A program made the position numbers and the translations under genes. From Histomonas meleagridis 2922-C6/04-290x (Eukaryota > Protista > Parabasalia), in contig JAANOX010000033.1 in the NCBI GenBank assembly GCA_020184695.1, positions 186,001 through 250,000 of the forward strand: 64,000 bases of DNA. Direction: 5' to 3'. Numbering within the stretch: the stretch's first letter is position 1; each line of letters starts with the position of its first letter. Shown piece by piece: positions 9,237 to 20,008 of the stretch. The notes beneath the pieces were generated by a model. The model did no database searches, was not told where the DNA came from, and saw nothing but the letters and a program-made list of their open reading frames with translations.

Positions 9237-11870
9237 TTAAACAACGAACATTTTATCTTTGATTAATTGCAGTTTCTTCGCCAAATGAGGGAAATCATAT
9301 TCCAAAGTATCAATAAGTAATTTAATATGATCTTCTTGTTTCTTCAAATTATCGTATTGACCATTAAACGCCTCATCGGACTTTAAATTAACTTTCTGTA
9401 TTTGGAACAATCTATTTTTCGCCTGTAATCTTTCAAGTTTTGTCTGCGACAAATATTTACTTTTTTGTAAATCGTTTAAATCTTCCTGAATTTCGGTATA
9501 TTGACATTGCAAATCTTTAATTACTTGTGTTAATTGTTCTATTTCATTTGTTAATTCCTTTTGTAGTTCCACGCCGCTCATTATATTCATTTCATGTTTT
9601 TTAGTTTCATTATTAATTTTTTTGACTTCTTTTCTTAATTCATTAATTTCAGACTTTTCATTTACAATTTTATCTTTGTTAACTCTTTTCTTAATATTTC
9701 CTCTGTTTGCTATAGTTTCTCTTCTTTTTAAAGCATATTCCATTTCTTGTATGATAACTTGTTGTTGCTTTTTAATTTGCTTAAGTCTTAATTCCATTCG
9801 TGATATTTCTTTCTTCATAGAGTTTAATTCGGATGACCCATAGTTTGGATCAAGTGCTTCTTTCATTTCGTTCGCGAGTTCGATTTTTTTCTCGAGCATT
9901 AAAATTGATTTTTCTGTTTCCATTAAATCATCAGCCAAATCTTCACGTACATTAACAATTTGTTCGATTTGTGATTCTAATTTTATAGCTTCCATTTCTT
10001 TCTTTTGTAATGATTCCAAAATATCAGCTTCGAAATTAATATTCGTTTCAAGTAAATTATTATTATTCGAATTAGAATTCGATAGTTGTTCACCAAGTCG
10101 TGAAATTTCACGTTGATATTTATCGATTTGGATTTGATATTTATTAATTTCTTTTTCTGTCGATTGAAGTTGGTTTTTAATACGATCTCTTTTACGTGTT
10201 AACACTGCAATATTCGCTTGAATAGTTTTGTTTTCTTTTTCGATGTTTTCACATGTACGTTCAAGTTGTACAAGTTCATTTTGTTTCTTTATCCATTCCG
10301 CTTGATTTTCTTGCACGATTTTATCACTTTGTATTATTCTGTTTTGGATTTGACGAATTTTTCGTTCAAGTGGTCCATGTTCTTCACCATTTTGTATATC
10401 TTTAAGTGATTCATATTTACGATTTAGTTTATCAACTTCATTTTGTTTCTTTTCGATTTCATTATTGTTACGACGTCGTTGGATTTCATATTGATTAATT
10501 AAATTATCTTTTTGTCGTAATTCTTCAACAATTTCATTTAATCCACGCTCAAGTTTCTCAGCTTGTGTTAATATATTTATTTTGTCGATTTTCATTCGAA
10601 CAATTTCATTTCGTATATTGTTCAGTTCTTTATCTTTTTCATTGATTTTTTCGCGCGTTTGTTCGATAATGCGTTGTGTTGATACAGCATCTTTCTTTAA
10701 ATTCGATTGATCTGTTAAATGTTTTATTATTTTATCTTCGATTTCATGGATTTGATTACTAATTTCATTTGTACCTTTTAATGATGACTTAAATTGCGCT
10801 TTGGAATTATTCCGCTCTATAATTAAACGCGATATTTCTTGTTCCTTTTCTTCACATAGTTTATAAAATTGTTGAAGTTGTTCTTGAAGTTTTTCTCGTT
10901 CCGTTTCAACTTCAAAGATTTTATTATCTAAATATTTAACGCGATTTTGTACTTTGTTAATTAAGCTCGTGTTACGTTCTTGTAATTCTTGTTGCTCTTG
11001 AATTTGTAATTTAAGTCCTTTTTCTTCATTTTGCAATGTATGGATTTCTTCTTCTTGTTTAACATATGCAGCTTCGACTTGACTTAATGTTTCATTACGC
11101 TTTTTGACTCCAGTAAGTGCTGAGTTCCAATCTTGAATTAAACGGTTTCGCTCAAAATTAATTTTCTCCATTTCAAGTGATGCTTGAAGAAGTGCTTCTC
11201 TGGCAGTTGTGGTTTCATTTCGTTGAGCTTCGATTTGTGCTTCTATGTCAGATAATTGTGATGTAATATCGTTTAATTGTTGCGTAAGACGATTAATATA
11301 AAGATCTTGGTCTTGCTTGGAGACTTCAGTTTCGTTGGTTGACTGTTCTGATTTATAAGTTTCACGTTTGGTGACTTGAACTTGATTGATGATTTCTTGA
11401 TTATGTTGTTCGAGTCTTTGTACAACTTCATTTAACTTGTCAAGTTCTGTACGTTGTTTTTCATAGTCTTTTGTTTTTTGAATAAGATCTTGTTGTAATT
11501 GTTTGTAGGATTCTTTTTCTTGTTCTAATTGTTTTTCTTGTTCAAGACGAGCTGATTCAAGAGTAGTTCTTTTCTCATTGGTTTGTGTTAGATTTGCTTG
11601 AAGTTTTGCTAATTGTTGTTGAAATGAATATAATTCAACACCAACTTGTTCTCTTTCATTTGTCAACTTTGCTTTTAAAGTTGATTTATCTTTAATTTCT
11701 ACATCAAGATTATCTTGTAGAGAAGTAAGCTGTTTTTTTAAATCTTCTTGTAATTTTTTAAATAATGGATGATCTGGATCAAGATCTTCAACAAGGTCCT
11801 CTTCTTCTAATAGTTCGTTTTCAAAATCTAATGGACCAATTTCTTCTTCTTCTTCAATTTTTTCATTCAT
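9237..11870 (-). CDS. CCDC40: CCDC40/FAP172 axonemal 96-nm ruler coiled-coil protein
   Basis: DLDPDHPLFKKLQ...REQVGVELYSFQQQLAKLQ matches the CCDC40 signature. About 880 aa of coiled coil. ATG at 11870. Confidence 0.85.
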   Translation of the reverse strand: MNEKIEEEEEIGPLDFENELLEEEDLVEDLDPDHPLFKKLQEDLKKQLTSLQDNLDVEIKDKSTLKAKLTNEREQVGVELYSFQQQLAKLQANLTQTNEKRTTLESARLEQEKQLEQEKESYKQLQQDLIQKTKDYEKQRTELDKLNEVVQRLEQHNQEIINQVQVTKRETYKSEQSTNETEVSKQDQDLYINRLTQQLNDITSQLSDIEAQIEAQRNETTTAREALLQASLEMEKINFERNRLIQDWNSALTGVKKRNETLSQVEAAYVKQEEEIHTLQNEEKGLKLQIQEQQELQERNTSLINKVQNRVKYLDNKIFEVETEREKLQEQLQQFYKLCEEKEQEISRLIIERNNSKAQFKSSLKGTNEISNQIHEIEDKIIKHLTDQSNLKKDAVSTQRIIEQTREKINEKDKELNNIRNEIVRMKIDKINILTQAEKLERGLNEIVEELRQKDNLINQYEIQRRRNNNEIEKKQNEVDKLNRKYESLKDIQNGEEHGPLERKIRQIQNRIIQSDKIVQENQAEWIKKQNELVQLERTCENIEKENKTIQANIAVLTRKRDRIKNQLQSTEKEINKYQIQIDKYQREISRLGEQLSNSNSNNNNLLETNINFEADILESLQKKEMEAIKLESQIEQIVNVREDLADDLMETEKSILMLEKKIELANEMKEALDPNYGSSELNSMKKEISRMELRLKQIKKQQQVIIQEMEYALKRRETIANRGNIKKRVNKDKIVNEKSEINELRKEVKKINNETKKHEMNIMSGVELQKELTNEIEQLTQVIKDLQCQYTEIQEDLNDLQKSKYLSQTKLERLQAKNRLFQIQKVNLKSDEAFNGQYDNLKKQEDHIKLLIDTLEYDFPHLAKKLQLIKDKMFVV

Positions 11871-11929
11871 CACATAAATAACGTTTTCGAGACCGTTAAA
11901 AGTTTAGATGACCGTTTATTTAATAGAAC
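11871..11929. promoter_or_regulatory. 59-bp bidirectional promoter with two GACCGTT (M3/Myb-like) motifs
   Basis: Head-to-head ATGs at 11870(-) and 11930(+). GACCGTT at 11891-11897 and 11910-11916. Confidence 0.6.
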
Positions 11930-12295
11930 ATGTTTAACAAAAGAAACTGGACTTTAACACTAAAAGATAAAGAACCTCAATATTTACCAGTTCCTAATGG
12001 TTGTACTTGTATTATTACAGGTATTCATTGTTCTGATATTACACTTAAAAAAGTAGTACTTGAAGGAATTATCCAGATAATCAGAATTGATAAACTAGGC
12101 GAAGAAAGTGATACCGCTCAAACAGAATTTAGATCAACTGTTATTGCTTCTTTGTTCCCACAACAAAATCCAAGTGTTTCTGTAATAATTCCATTTTCAC
12201 AATTTAATATTCCAACGGTTCGATCAAGTGGTGGTAGTTTAACACTTACTGGAATATATTATGCTAACTCTGATATAAATGAACTTGATGATTAA
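11930..12295 (+). CDS. Nucleoplasmin-like (NPL) domain protein
   Basis: 121 aa with beta-strand pattern W.LTL...IIT.I...VIASL.P...S..I.F...V...GGSLTLTGIY, typical of HD2/FKBP-type NPL domains. Confidence 0.55.
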   Translation: MFNKRNWTLTLKDKEPQYLPVPNGCTCIITGIHCSDITLKKVVLEGIIQIIRIDKLGEESDTAQTEFRSTVIASLFPQQNPSVSVIIPFSQFNIPTVRSSGGSLTLTGIYYANSDINELDD

Positions 12296-12364
12296 TTTTT
12301 TTTTTTTTGTTATTTTTAACGGTCGTCTATGAGTTAACGGTTTCATATCCGTTACAAAAATTTA

Positions 12365-14080
12365 ATGAGCTCGGATCCAAATCTAGAATCACTCATTGAA
12401 TCAACAATTGCAGTGTTTAAACCATATGGAAAGTTAATGCCTTCACTAGACCCAAAATATTTTAAGAGACCACCAATCAAATTTCTTGCATTAACAGTTA
12501 ACGCACTTCATCGAAAAACCAAATTTGCTGATGGTTTATTTACAGATGATCAATTCAAAGGCACTCTTCCAGAGCGTGATGACAAACTTAATTTCTTCAA
12601 ACAATTAAAAGAATATACTCAAATCGTTCTTGATCAACCCATTGATGTCGATCCCAAAGCAATTGCTAGTGGTAAAGAAGTTGAGAAAACCCTACTTTTT
12701 ATGCAAAGCTTTGCACGTGCTGCCGAAAATCCAGTTGTTAGTTTCGATGTAGCACTTGCAAAAATGAAAGGAGGCTCTGCTCCACCAAAAGAATCACAGC
12801 CATCAAAGCGTCCACACAAAGAAGAACATCATAAGTCCACTGAAGAATCATCCAAACCTAAAGAAGAAGACAAACATAAGCACCGACCAAAAGAAAGCGA
12901 AAAGCCCAAAGAAGATGATAAACATCGACACCGTTCTAAAGAAGATGATAAACCTAAAGAAGAAGATAAGCAAAGACGTCGACCTAAAGAAGACGAAAAG
13001 CCTAAAGAAGAAAAGCCGCAAAGCAAAGAAGAAGACAAACATAAGCACCGCCCAAAGGAAGACGAAAAGCCCAAAGAGGAAGAGCGAAAGCGTCGCGAAG
13101 AGAAGCCTAAAGAAGAAGAAAAGCCAAGAAAGCCAAAGGAAGAAGAGAAGCCAAAAGAAGCCGAAAAGCCGAAAGAAGAAGAGCGAAAACGACGTGAAGA
13201 AAAGCCTAAAGAAGAAGAGAAGCAAAGAAAACCAGCGCCAAAAGAAGATGAGAAGCCGAAAGAAGAAGAAAAGCAAAAGCAGAAACCCGCAAAAGAAGAA
13301 GAGCCACCAAAGCAACAACAAAAAACTGATGAAGAAGTTAACAAGCGTAAAGAAGAAGAACGAAACAAACGCAAAGCTCGAGAAGAAGAAAAGCAAAAGC
13401 GAAAAGCGTCGAAAGAAGAAAAACCACGTTCCAAACCAAAGCCACAACAAGAAGAAATCGAAGACATTACTGAAGAAGCATCCGGTCCGTCAATTACAGC
13501 ACGTAAAGCGCCTCCGAAAGTCCGAAACGAAAGTAATGTAATTGTTGATGCCGTTGCGCCACAAATTATACATGAAGATGACATTGATGATGATGTCGAT
13601 GATATATTTGTTGAAGACGATGGACGTAACACGACAATTAATGGCGGACAAGAGAACGGAAAACTTGTTAAAGATATTTTGGACGCGTGCAAACAAATCG
13701 GACCTGACTCAGCTAAGAAAGGAGATAACTTAGCTGACGAAGATCGATTTAGACAAGGGATTGAACTAGCGAAAGGTTTGTTGCAGCATTTAGCGAGAAG
13801 TGCACAGCCTTTAGATATATTAATCCAATTCTCACAAGAAGATTTGGGTAATATGGAAAACGAATATAAGAGATGGGCCGAGGAATGCGATAAACAACAA
13901 AAAATTCTCGATCAAGAAAGATTAACAACAGAACAACAGTTAAGAGAACTTAACGCGAAAATCGATGAGTTGGATAAGGATATTGTAAGACAAGAGGCAA
14001 GATTAAGGAGTATTAAAGCGGCGGCGTTCTTAAAGGAAAATAATTTGATGAAACAATTCACCACAATGTGTGGAAACTAA
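12365..14080 (+). CDS. IFT54: IFT54/TRAF3IP1 (MIP-T3) intraflagellar transport protein
   Basis: N-terminal CH-like domain (KRPPIKFL...GLFTDD...KLNFFKQL...PKAIASGKEVEKT), K/E-rich middle and C-terminal coiled coil. Confidence 0.88.
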   Translation: MSSDPNLESLIESTIAVFKPYGKLMPSLDPKYFKRPPIKFLALTVNALHRKTKFADGLFTDDQFKGTLPERDDKLNFFKQLKEYTQIVLDQPIDVDPKAIASGKEVEKTLLFMQSFARAAENPVVSFDVALAKMKGGSAPPKESQPSKRPHKEEHHKSTEESSKPKEEDKHKHRPKESEKPKEDDKHRHRSKEDDKPKEEDKQRRRPKEDEKPKEEKPQSKEEDKHKHRPKEDEKPKEEERKRREEKPKEEEKPRKPKEEEKPKEAEKPKEEERKRREEKPKEEEKQRKPAPKEDEKPKEEEKQKQKPAKEEEPPKQQQKTDEEVNKRKEEERNKRKAREEEKQKRKASKEEKPRSKPKPQQEEIEDITEEASGPSITARKAPPKVRNESNVIVDAVAPQIIHEDDIDDDVDDIFVEDDGRNTTINGGQENGKLVKDILDACKQIGPDSAKKGDNLADEDRFRQGIELAKGLLQHLARSAQPLDILIQFSQEDLGNMENEYKRWAEECDKQQKILDQERLTTEQQLRELNAKIDELDKDIVRQEARLRSIKAAAFLKENNLMKQFTTMCGN

Positions 14081-14274
14081 AAAATTATTTTAAGAAATTT
14101 GTGATAAATTTTTTTTATTATCTGAAACAGAACTTATAATAAAATAGTTAAATTACTTCTTAAAAATAAAGTAATATATGCTAATGCTAAAAATATTAGA
14201 TTGTGATATTTAGAAATTATGATATTAATTCATGTTTTTTATAAACGGTCAAAAATATTGTTCAATTTGAATGT

Positions 14275-16714
14275 ATGAACATGGAAAGAAAGATAAATGT
14301 TTCAAATGAATGGGAAAAACTTCAACTAATATATCAAGCTGTATTTAATTTGAATAAGGGGAACATTTCTCAAACAGTACAATCAATTATTGATATATTT
14401 GATGAAAATTATTCGTTCTCATATAATATAATTATTAGTCAATTAATATATTTATTGATTGTAACAAAGATGTTTGATATGAATCTATCTTTTGATTTTT
14501 TAAGGGAAATCGAAGCATTTGAGAGAAAAAACAATATCAAATTTAAAATATTCGATGTTTTTTCAAATTACCTTTATTATAAATTCTCACAAGAGTCAAT
14601 TTATCTTCTTGAAAATATGTTAAAGCAAAATTTAATTGGACCTGAAATTGTCAAAAAAACAGAAAATATCTTATTTGAAGATCTTTCGAATGATGATTGG
14701 GAAGTTTCAAAGAAGTTAATTTTAGAAGGAATTAATCCAAATGAAATTGTTATAATAATTCGAAATGATGATGTTGAAAAACTTCAAGAAATATCAACAC
14801 AAAGCGATTTTGATTTTAATCAAACAATTGAACCATCACTTTATGAAAGATGCACATTTGTTAATCAAGAAGATGTTACAATAATTGATTATGCAGCATT
14901 TTTTTCAGCAGTTAAATGCTTTAAATATTTACTTATAAATGGAGCAAAAGTAGAAAATACAGGTAAATATGCAATTGCAGGCGGAAATGAAGAAATCATT
15001 CATTTATGCGAACAAAATCATTCAACATTTTTCGGTGCATATGAAACAGCAATTGCATTTCATCGAAATGATATCTTTCATTATTTTTATGATAATAAAA
15101 TATTTGAAATTAATAAATTGGAAAAATTCGGAAAGAAATGTATTTCACATCATAACTACGAAATTTTTAAATTTTTGCAGGAAAAAGGAATGAAAATAAA
15201 TAAAGCTATTATTAATAAATCTGCAAAAATTGGAAATTTTTTTCTTATGAAATATTTTCTTGAATTCAATCAAGTCCCTAAAAAAATTTTAATTTTCTTA
15301 TCTGAATCAGGAAACATTGAGATTATTAATTATATTTTACAACAAAAGGTAATCGATATCAATGCGAAAGGTATTTGTTTCTTTTATATATAATTTATTT
15401 AATTAATTTTTAATCTTGATTTAATATTTGGAAATTATTTGTTTTATTTAGAACTGCACTTTTTATTGCAGCTTTGTTTGATCATACAGAAATAGTTAAA
15501 TTACTTCTTGAACAAGAAGGAATTGATATTAATGCTAAAGATATTTAGTTGTTTTATTTGATATTTATTCTTATTATTTGATATTTGAAAATAATATTTG
15601 GAAATTATTTAAATTATTTGATACAGCACTTATTTATGCATCTTTTAATGGTTATACAGAAATAGTTAAATTACTTCTTGAACAAGAAGGAATTAATATA
15701 AATGATACAGATATTTATTCTATTTAAATGATTTTGATTTTAATGATTTTCTATTTCAAAATAATATTTGGAAATTATTTAAATTATTTCAAACAGCACT
15801 TATTTGGGCATCTTCAAAAAATAATGTGGAAATAATAAAATTACTTCTTAAACAAGAAGGAATTAATATAAATGATACAGATATTTATTCTATTTAAATG
15901 ATTTTGATTTTAATGATTTTCTATTTCAAAATAATATTTGGAAATTATTTAAATTATTTAAAACGGCACTTATTCATGCATCTGGAAATGGTTATATAAA
16001 AATAGTCAAATTACTTCTTGAACAAAAAGGAATTAATATTAATGCTAAAGATATTTGTATGTTTCGTTTAAAATTAAATTTAAATACTTTATGATTCATA
16101 ATAATATTTGGAAATTGTTTAAAATTCTTGAAACAGCACTTAATCATGCTTCTATAGAAGGTCATATAGAAATTGTGAAATTACTTCTTGAACAGAACGG
16201 AATTGAAATTAATGTAAAAGATATTTGTTTTTTCTTACCACTATTCATTTCAATAATTTTGGACTATTTCATAATGAAACATGGAAATTAATCAAAATAT
16301 TTTGTACAGCACTTTTACTTGCAATTTCAAAAGGTTTTAAAGAAATAGTTAAATTACTTATTGAACAAGAAGGAATTAATATAAATATTGCAGATATTTA
16401 TTTTATTTATTCGATAATTATTTTAATAATTCTTAATATCTTGATAATTTTTGGAAATCATTTAAATTATTTTGCACACCTCTTATATTAGCAACTAAAA
16501 AGAATCATATTGAAATCGTAAAATTGCTTTTGAAAAATAAAGAAATTGATATTAATGCTAAAAATATTTATTTGCATTAAAAAATGCTTCTTACAATTAT
16601 TTGAAATTCCATAATTTGATTTGGGAATTGCTCAAAATATTTAAAACTGCCCTTATGATTGCATCTCAGAATAGTAACATCGAAATAGTCAATTTACTTA
16701 ATAGCAAGAAATGA
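14275..16714 (+). CDS. DUF3447/ankyrin-repeat gene A, 3' half interrupted by 8 fixed-length spacers
   Basis: ORF 14275..15393 (IRNDDVEKLQEI...AAFFSAVKCFKYLL) is followed by 8 ankyrin modules starting at 15453, 15623, 15793, 15963, 16133, 16306, 16476 and 16646. The last ends TALMIASQNSNIEIVNLLNSKK* at 16714. Confidence 0.75.
15370..16714 (+). repeat. 170-bp tandem array: 83-nt spacer region + 87-nt ankyrin module (8 units)
   Basis: Spacers start at 15370, 15540, 15710, 15880, 16050, 16220 (86 nt), 16393 and 16563. Confidence 0.92.
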
Positions 16715-16964
16715 TTCGTTAGCTTCTAGACATCAATTTAATTTATAGAATTTTTAAAAACATTGCATCATAAAGATAATTTTTAACGAATGTTTGATGT
16801 GTTTTATTATAAATTCTTTTGTAAACTTTTTTTATTGAAATCTCATTTTCATGAGATAAATATCGAAATATACAAATTGTATTTCATTTACATATATCAT
16901 CATATAATTCAATCAAAAAAAAAGTTTTGAATTTATATTTATATTTAATAAGAAACACAAATAT

Positions 16965-17822
16965 TTATTCAATAGATACACCTAAACCAACAGAATATAT
17001 TTGGTTAATGTGATCAGCAAAAGATGACACAGAGAGCACCATTCCTTGTTTTATATTTCTTTGGAACATTGATTGCACAATTCCGTTACTTGAAACGTTT
17101 GTGCATATCCGCGAAAGTTTAAATCCTTTTTGGAACCCAAATTTGAATTCGGATTCGAAATCAGAAAAGTTTATACTCAATGTAACACCCGCAATAGTAT
17201 TCGGATGTATTTCATGCGTTACTCCAAGATTTAATGAGCTTCTCTCATTAAGATTTAATAGGCCACAATACGTTTTATTTTTAATTTGTTTTTGTGTTAA
17301 AAGAATTATTTCAGATTTCTTTTGGTCTAAGCTTTTCGATAAACTGGCACCGACTATCAACGAGGGATTAAAAAGAATAGTAGTGTCAATGGTTATTGTT
17401 GATTTAAGTTGGAAATCTGTTTGTAAATCAATTTTAATGTTCCTTTTTTGTGTTGAATTTTGTGCAGATATAGAAATACCAGATGTGCCAAAAGATCCGG
17501 ATGTAAATGTTGAATCATTTAGTGGAATTGAAAGTTGACATTGGAAAGGATTAATATTGCTTATGGAAATTTGTAGTGGTAATTCATAGAAGTCAGAAAG
17601 TATAATTGTTTGAAAGGCAGCTGTATGCTTTGGTTCGTTCATTTGTTCTGATATTTCATATGGATATACTCGTGGACGCATGGAAAATGATTGAATTATA
17701 TGATATTTCGATTTAATTTTCTTTGCTATTGACACCTGAAATCCGTGAAAAAAATCGCAGCGCGTAACATTAAACACATTTGCAGCTACATCCGAGAAAC
17801 TTGGTGCAAGCTGCTGGTGCAT
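16965..17822 (-). CDS. Eukaryotic porin/Tom40-family beta-barrel (hydrogenosomal Tom40-like)
   Basis: 285 aa of alternating beta-strand pattern with N-terminal PSFSD..F..GF. The C-terminal SSFADH...YSVGLGVSIE resembles a beta-signal. Confidence 0.72.
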   Translation of the reverse strand: MHQQLAPSFSDVAANVFNVTRCDFFHGFQVSIAKKIKSKYHIIQSFSMRPRVYPYEISEQMNEPKHTAAFQTIILSDFYELPLQISISNINPFQCQLSIPLNDSTFTSGSFGTSGISISAQNSTQKRNIKIDLQTDFQLKSTITIDTTILFNPSLIVGASLSKSLDQKKSEIILLTQKQIKNKTYCGLLNLNERSSLNLGVTHEIHPNTIAGVTLSINFSDFESEFKFGFQKGFKLSRICTNVSSNGIVQSMFQRNIKQGMVLSVSSFADHINQIYSVGLGVSIE

Positions 17823-18100
17823 TTATGTGACAAAAATATTTGAAACCAAATATTTTGTCAAAGCAAATTACTTTGAATGGAATGTAATAAAAAGTGGAGC
17901 CGCGAAAGAAAAATGAAAAAGCTCCTTATCCAAAAGTATATATTTAATAATACCATATATTCCTTAACTTAAGGAAAGCTTTACTTTGTTATTGAGTCTT
18001 TCAACTTATAAATAGTTTTTGTAATCAACTTATTGAAAATTACGAATTTTTTTTTTACCTTAAACAAAAATAAGTAAAACAAAAATTCGAAAGAATAATT

Positions 18101-18997
18101 TTATTGAATCTGCGCAAAATCAGCTTCAACTGCCGCTCCAGGATGCATCATCTTGTTGCTGCATCCTTCTGCTGCTTTATTCAATGCATTTTGTATATCA
18201 AATCCAAGTATAAAATGCAAAAGAATGAACGCTGCTGAAACAGTGTCGCCGCGACCTGTTCTGCCTTCGAGAGTCCACTTTCCGAAGTCGGACCAGTATT
18301 TTTCATCGCCGTGATAGATTGCAACACCTGTACTTTGTGTACAAATGATATATTTAGGACCTTTGGTGAGGAGATATCCACATGCAGCATCTGTGTTGTC
18401 GGTGATTCCTGATAAAGAAGAGGCTTCTTCAGCATCTACTTTTAGGATATCGACGTATTTGAGTACGGATTCGAGATTTTCTGGCGTTTGATGATATAGT
18501 TCATTTCCATTTCGCCTACGAAGAAGCCCTTGTGAATCAACAGAAATTAAGTCACAATTATTTTTCATGAGTTCGAAAAGAGATGGATCAACTTCGCCAT
18601 AGAAAAGTGGATTAACATAAAATATGCGAGCATGATAATCAGCAATGTCTTTCCATTCAAATGATCGAGCAACATCACGAACAGAGGAAATACGTTTGTC
18701 TGGTTGTTCATCTTTGAAAGAATGAACAAAAGTGGTAGTACAATCATTTTCGATAAGTGATAACTTTATGCCAGATTCTTCGAACTCTTTTTTTATTACT
18801 ATGAAATCTTCTGGATCACCTATGGTTAAAACACGAAGTTCTTTTGCTTCTGTTGGAGAAAATCTTTTTAGACACCAACCTGCACTAATAGCACCAAAAT
18901 AAACACCACCACCTGGAAGCTTATCAAGCTTTGATTTTATAGTTATTTCGTCACGTGTGCAATGACCTATAAAAAGAATATCACAGTTTTGCTTCAT
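18101..18997 (-). CDS. PfkB-family carbohydrate kinase
   Basis: LPGGGVYFG, VDSQG, ILKVDAEEA and the C-terminal GRTGRGDT anion-hole motif. Confidence 0.88.
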   Translation of the reverse strand: MKQNCDILFIGHCTRDEITIKSKLDKLPGGGVYFGAISAGWCLKRFSPTEAKELRVLTIGDPEDFIVIKKEFEESGIKLSLIENDCTTTFVHSFKDEQPDKRISSVRDVARSFEWKDIADYHARIFYVNPLFYGEVDPSLFELMKNNCDLISVDSQGLLRRRNGNELYHQTPENLESVLKYVDILKVDAEEASSLSGITDNTDAACGYLLTKGPKYIICTQSTGVAIYHGDEKYWSDFGKWTLEGRTGRGDTVSAAFILLHFILGFDIQNALNKAAEGCSNKMMHPGAAVEADFAQIQ

Positions 18998-19165
18998 AAA
19001 AAATTGTCTGTTCAGATGGAACGGTTTTTTTGCCTCACCGGGACCGTTTGGAAAGAATTTTGAATGCGACCGTTCAATTCAATGCGACTTTTTGTGTGGG
19101 TTTCTCGTGGCACTTTTTTCCGAATTAAACGAATTAGTGCAAAGACGTTAAAATAGCAAGAAAAA

Positions 19166-19801
19166 ATGGAAAAGGATGATTCTAAAAGTATTTCTTCATT
19201 AAATCTAGGAAATGAATTATATGACCCAAGCCTAAGGGATGGAGGAAAAATTGTTTTCAACAAAGAAGTACCAGTAGAATTTCGATCAGATGAAACAAAA
19301 CGATCGGAAATGGTAATTCTAAGAATCAAGATCATTGAAATAGAAGACAAAGACGAACTCTCACTTTTGGTCATTGAAATTACTTCAGAAGCAGATATTT
19401 TCTTTTTATATGAATTATCACTTAATTCTGATGATTTCGATCAATTCAAACAAGAACAAAAAATGGAAACTGAGTTTGAAGATTTCCCACAAATTTTGAT
19501 TGAAATTTTAACAGAGGTCGCAAAACAGACGGAAGTCTTTAATGTCAATTTTACAGTTTCAAAAGATACTGGATCGCTGAATGTTCAGCAAACATTGAAA
19601 TTCAAAACTGTTGACATCTTTTCACTTGGTTTTATTCCTGCTTCTGATGATTATATCAGGGATCAAATTCAATACCGATACAATACGATTCGAATGGAGG
19701 CTGTTAAGGCAAAAACTGAGCTTAACAATTTGTACTCTATGTTAAAAATTAGGAATCCTGGCGTTCTTAAGCAAATGAAAAATCACAGATCTTTTAAATG
19801 A
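19166..19801 (+). CDS. SAS-6-like protein (SAS6L type: SAS-6 head domain + short coil)
   Basis: VFNKEVPVEF...IEITSEADIFFLY...DFDQFKQEQ...FEDFPQILIEIL is the SAS-6_N signature. The tail YRY...KIRNPGVL is short. Confidence 0.75.
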   Translation: MEKDDSKSISSLNLGNELYDPSLRDGGKIVFNKEVPVEFRSDETKRSEMVILRIKIIEIEDKDELSLLVIEITSEADIFFLYELSLNSDDFDQFKQEQKMETEFEDFPQILIEILTEVAKQTEVFNVNFTVSKDTGSLNVQQTLKFKTVDIFSLGFIPASDDYIRDQIQYRYNTIRMEAVKAKTELNNLYSMLKIRNPGVLKQMKNHRSFK

Positions 19802-20008
19802 AAATATTATATCAATAAATTTAAATTTTTGAAATTTTAAGGATATGGGTATTGAATTAAATATAGTTTCTGATTTGCAATTCAAGGAAAATGGCCAAAT
19901 GAAAATTATTGCCAAAAAACGGTAAAAATCTTGGAATTCAAAAAATTGAAATTATATTCTGCCGGCAAAATTTTCGTTCAAAAAGAAATTTTAAATTTTT
20001 TATTTTAC

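Noticed and set aside
12829-13692. Long antisense S/F-rich ORFs over IFT54
   Set aside because: Shadow ORFs of the GAA/AAA-rich K/E region.
15371-15451. Canonical GT...AG intron in the first ankyrin spacer
   Set aside because: It removes 81 nt and leaves the downstream module out of frame. It has no ACTAAC branch motif, and the other spacers lack GT at that position.
17960-17976. TTCCTTAA-C-TTAAGGAA inverted repeat
   Set aside because: Short and isolated, with no supporting context.
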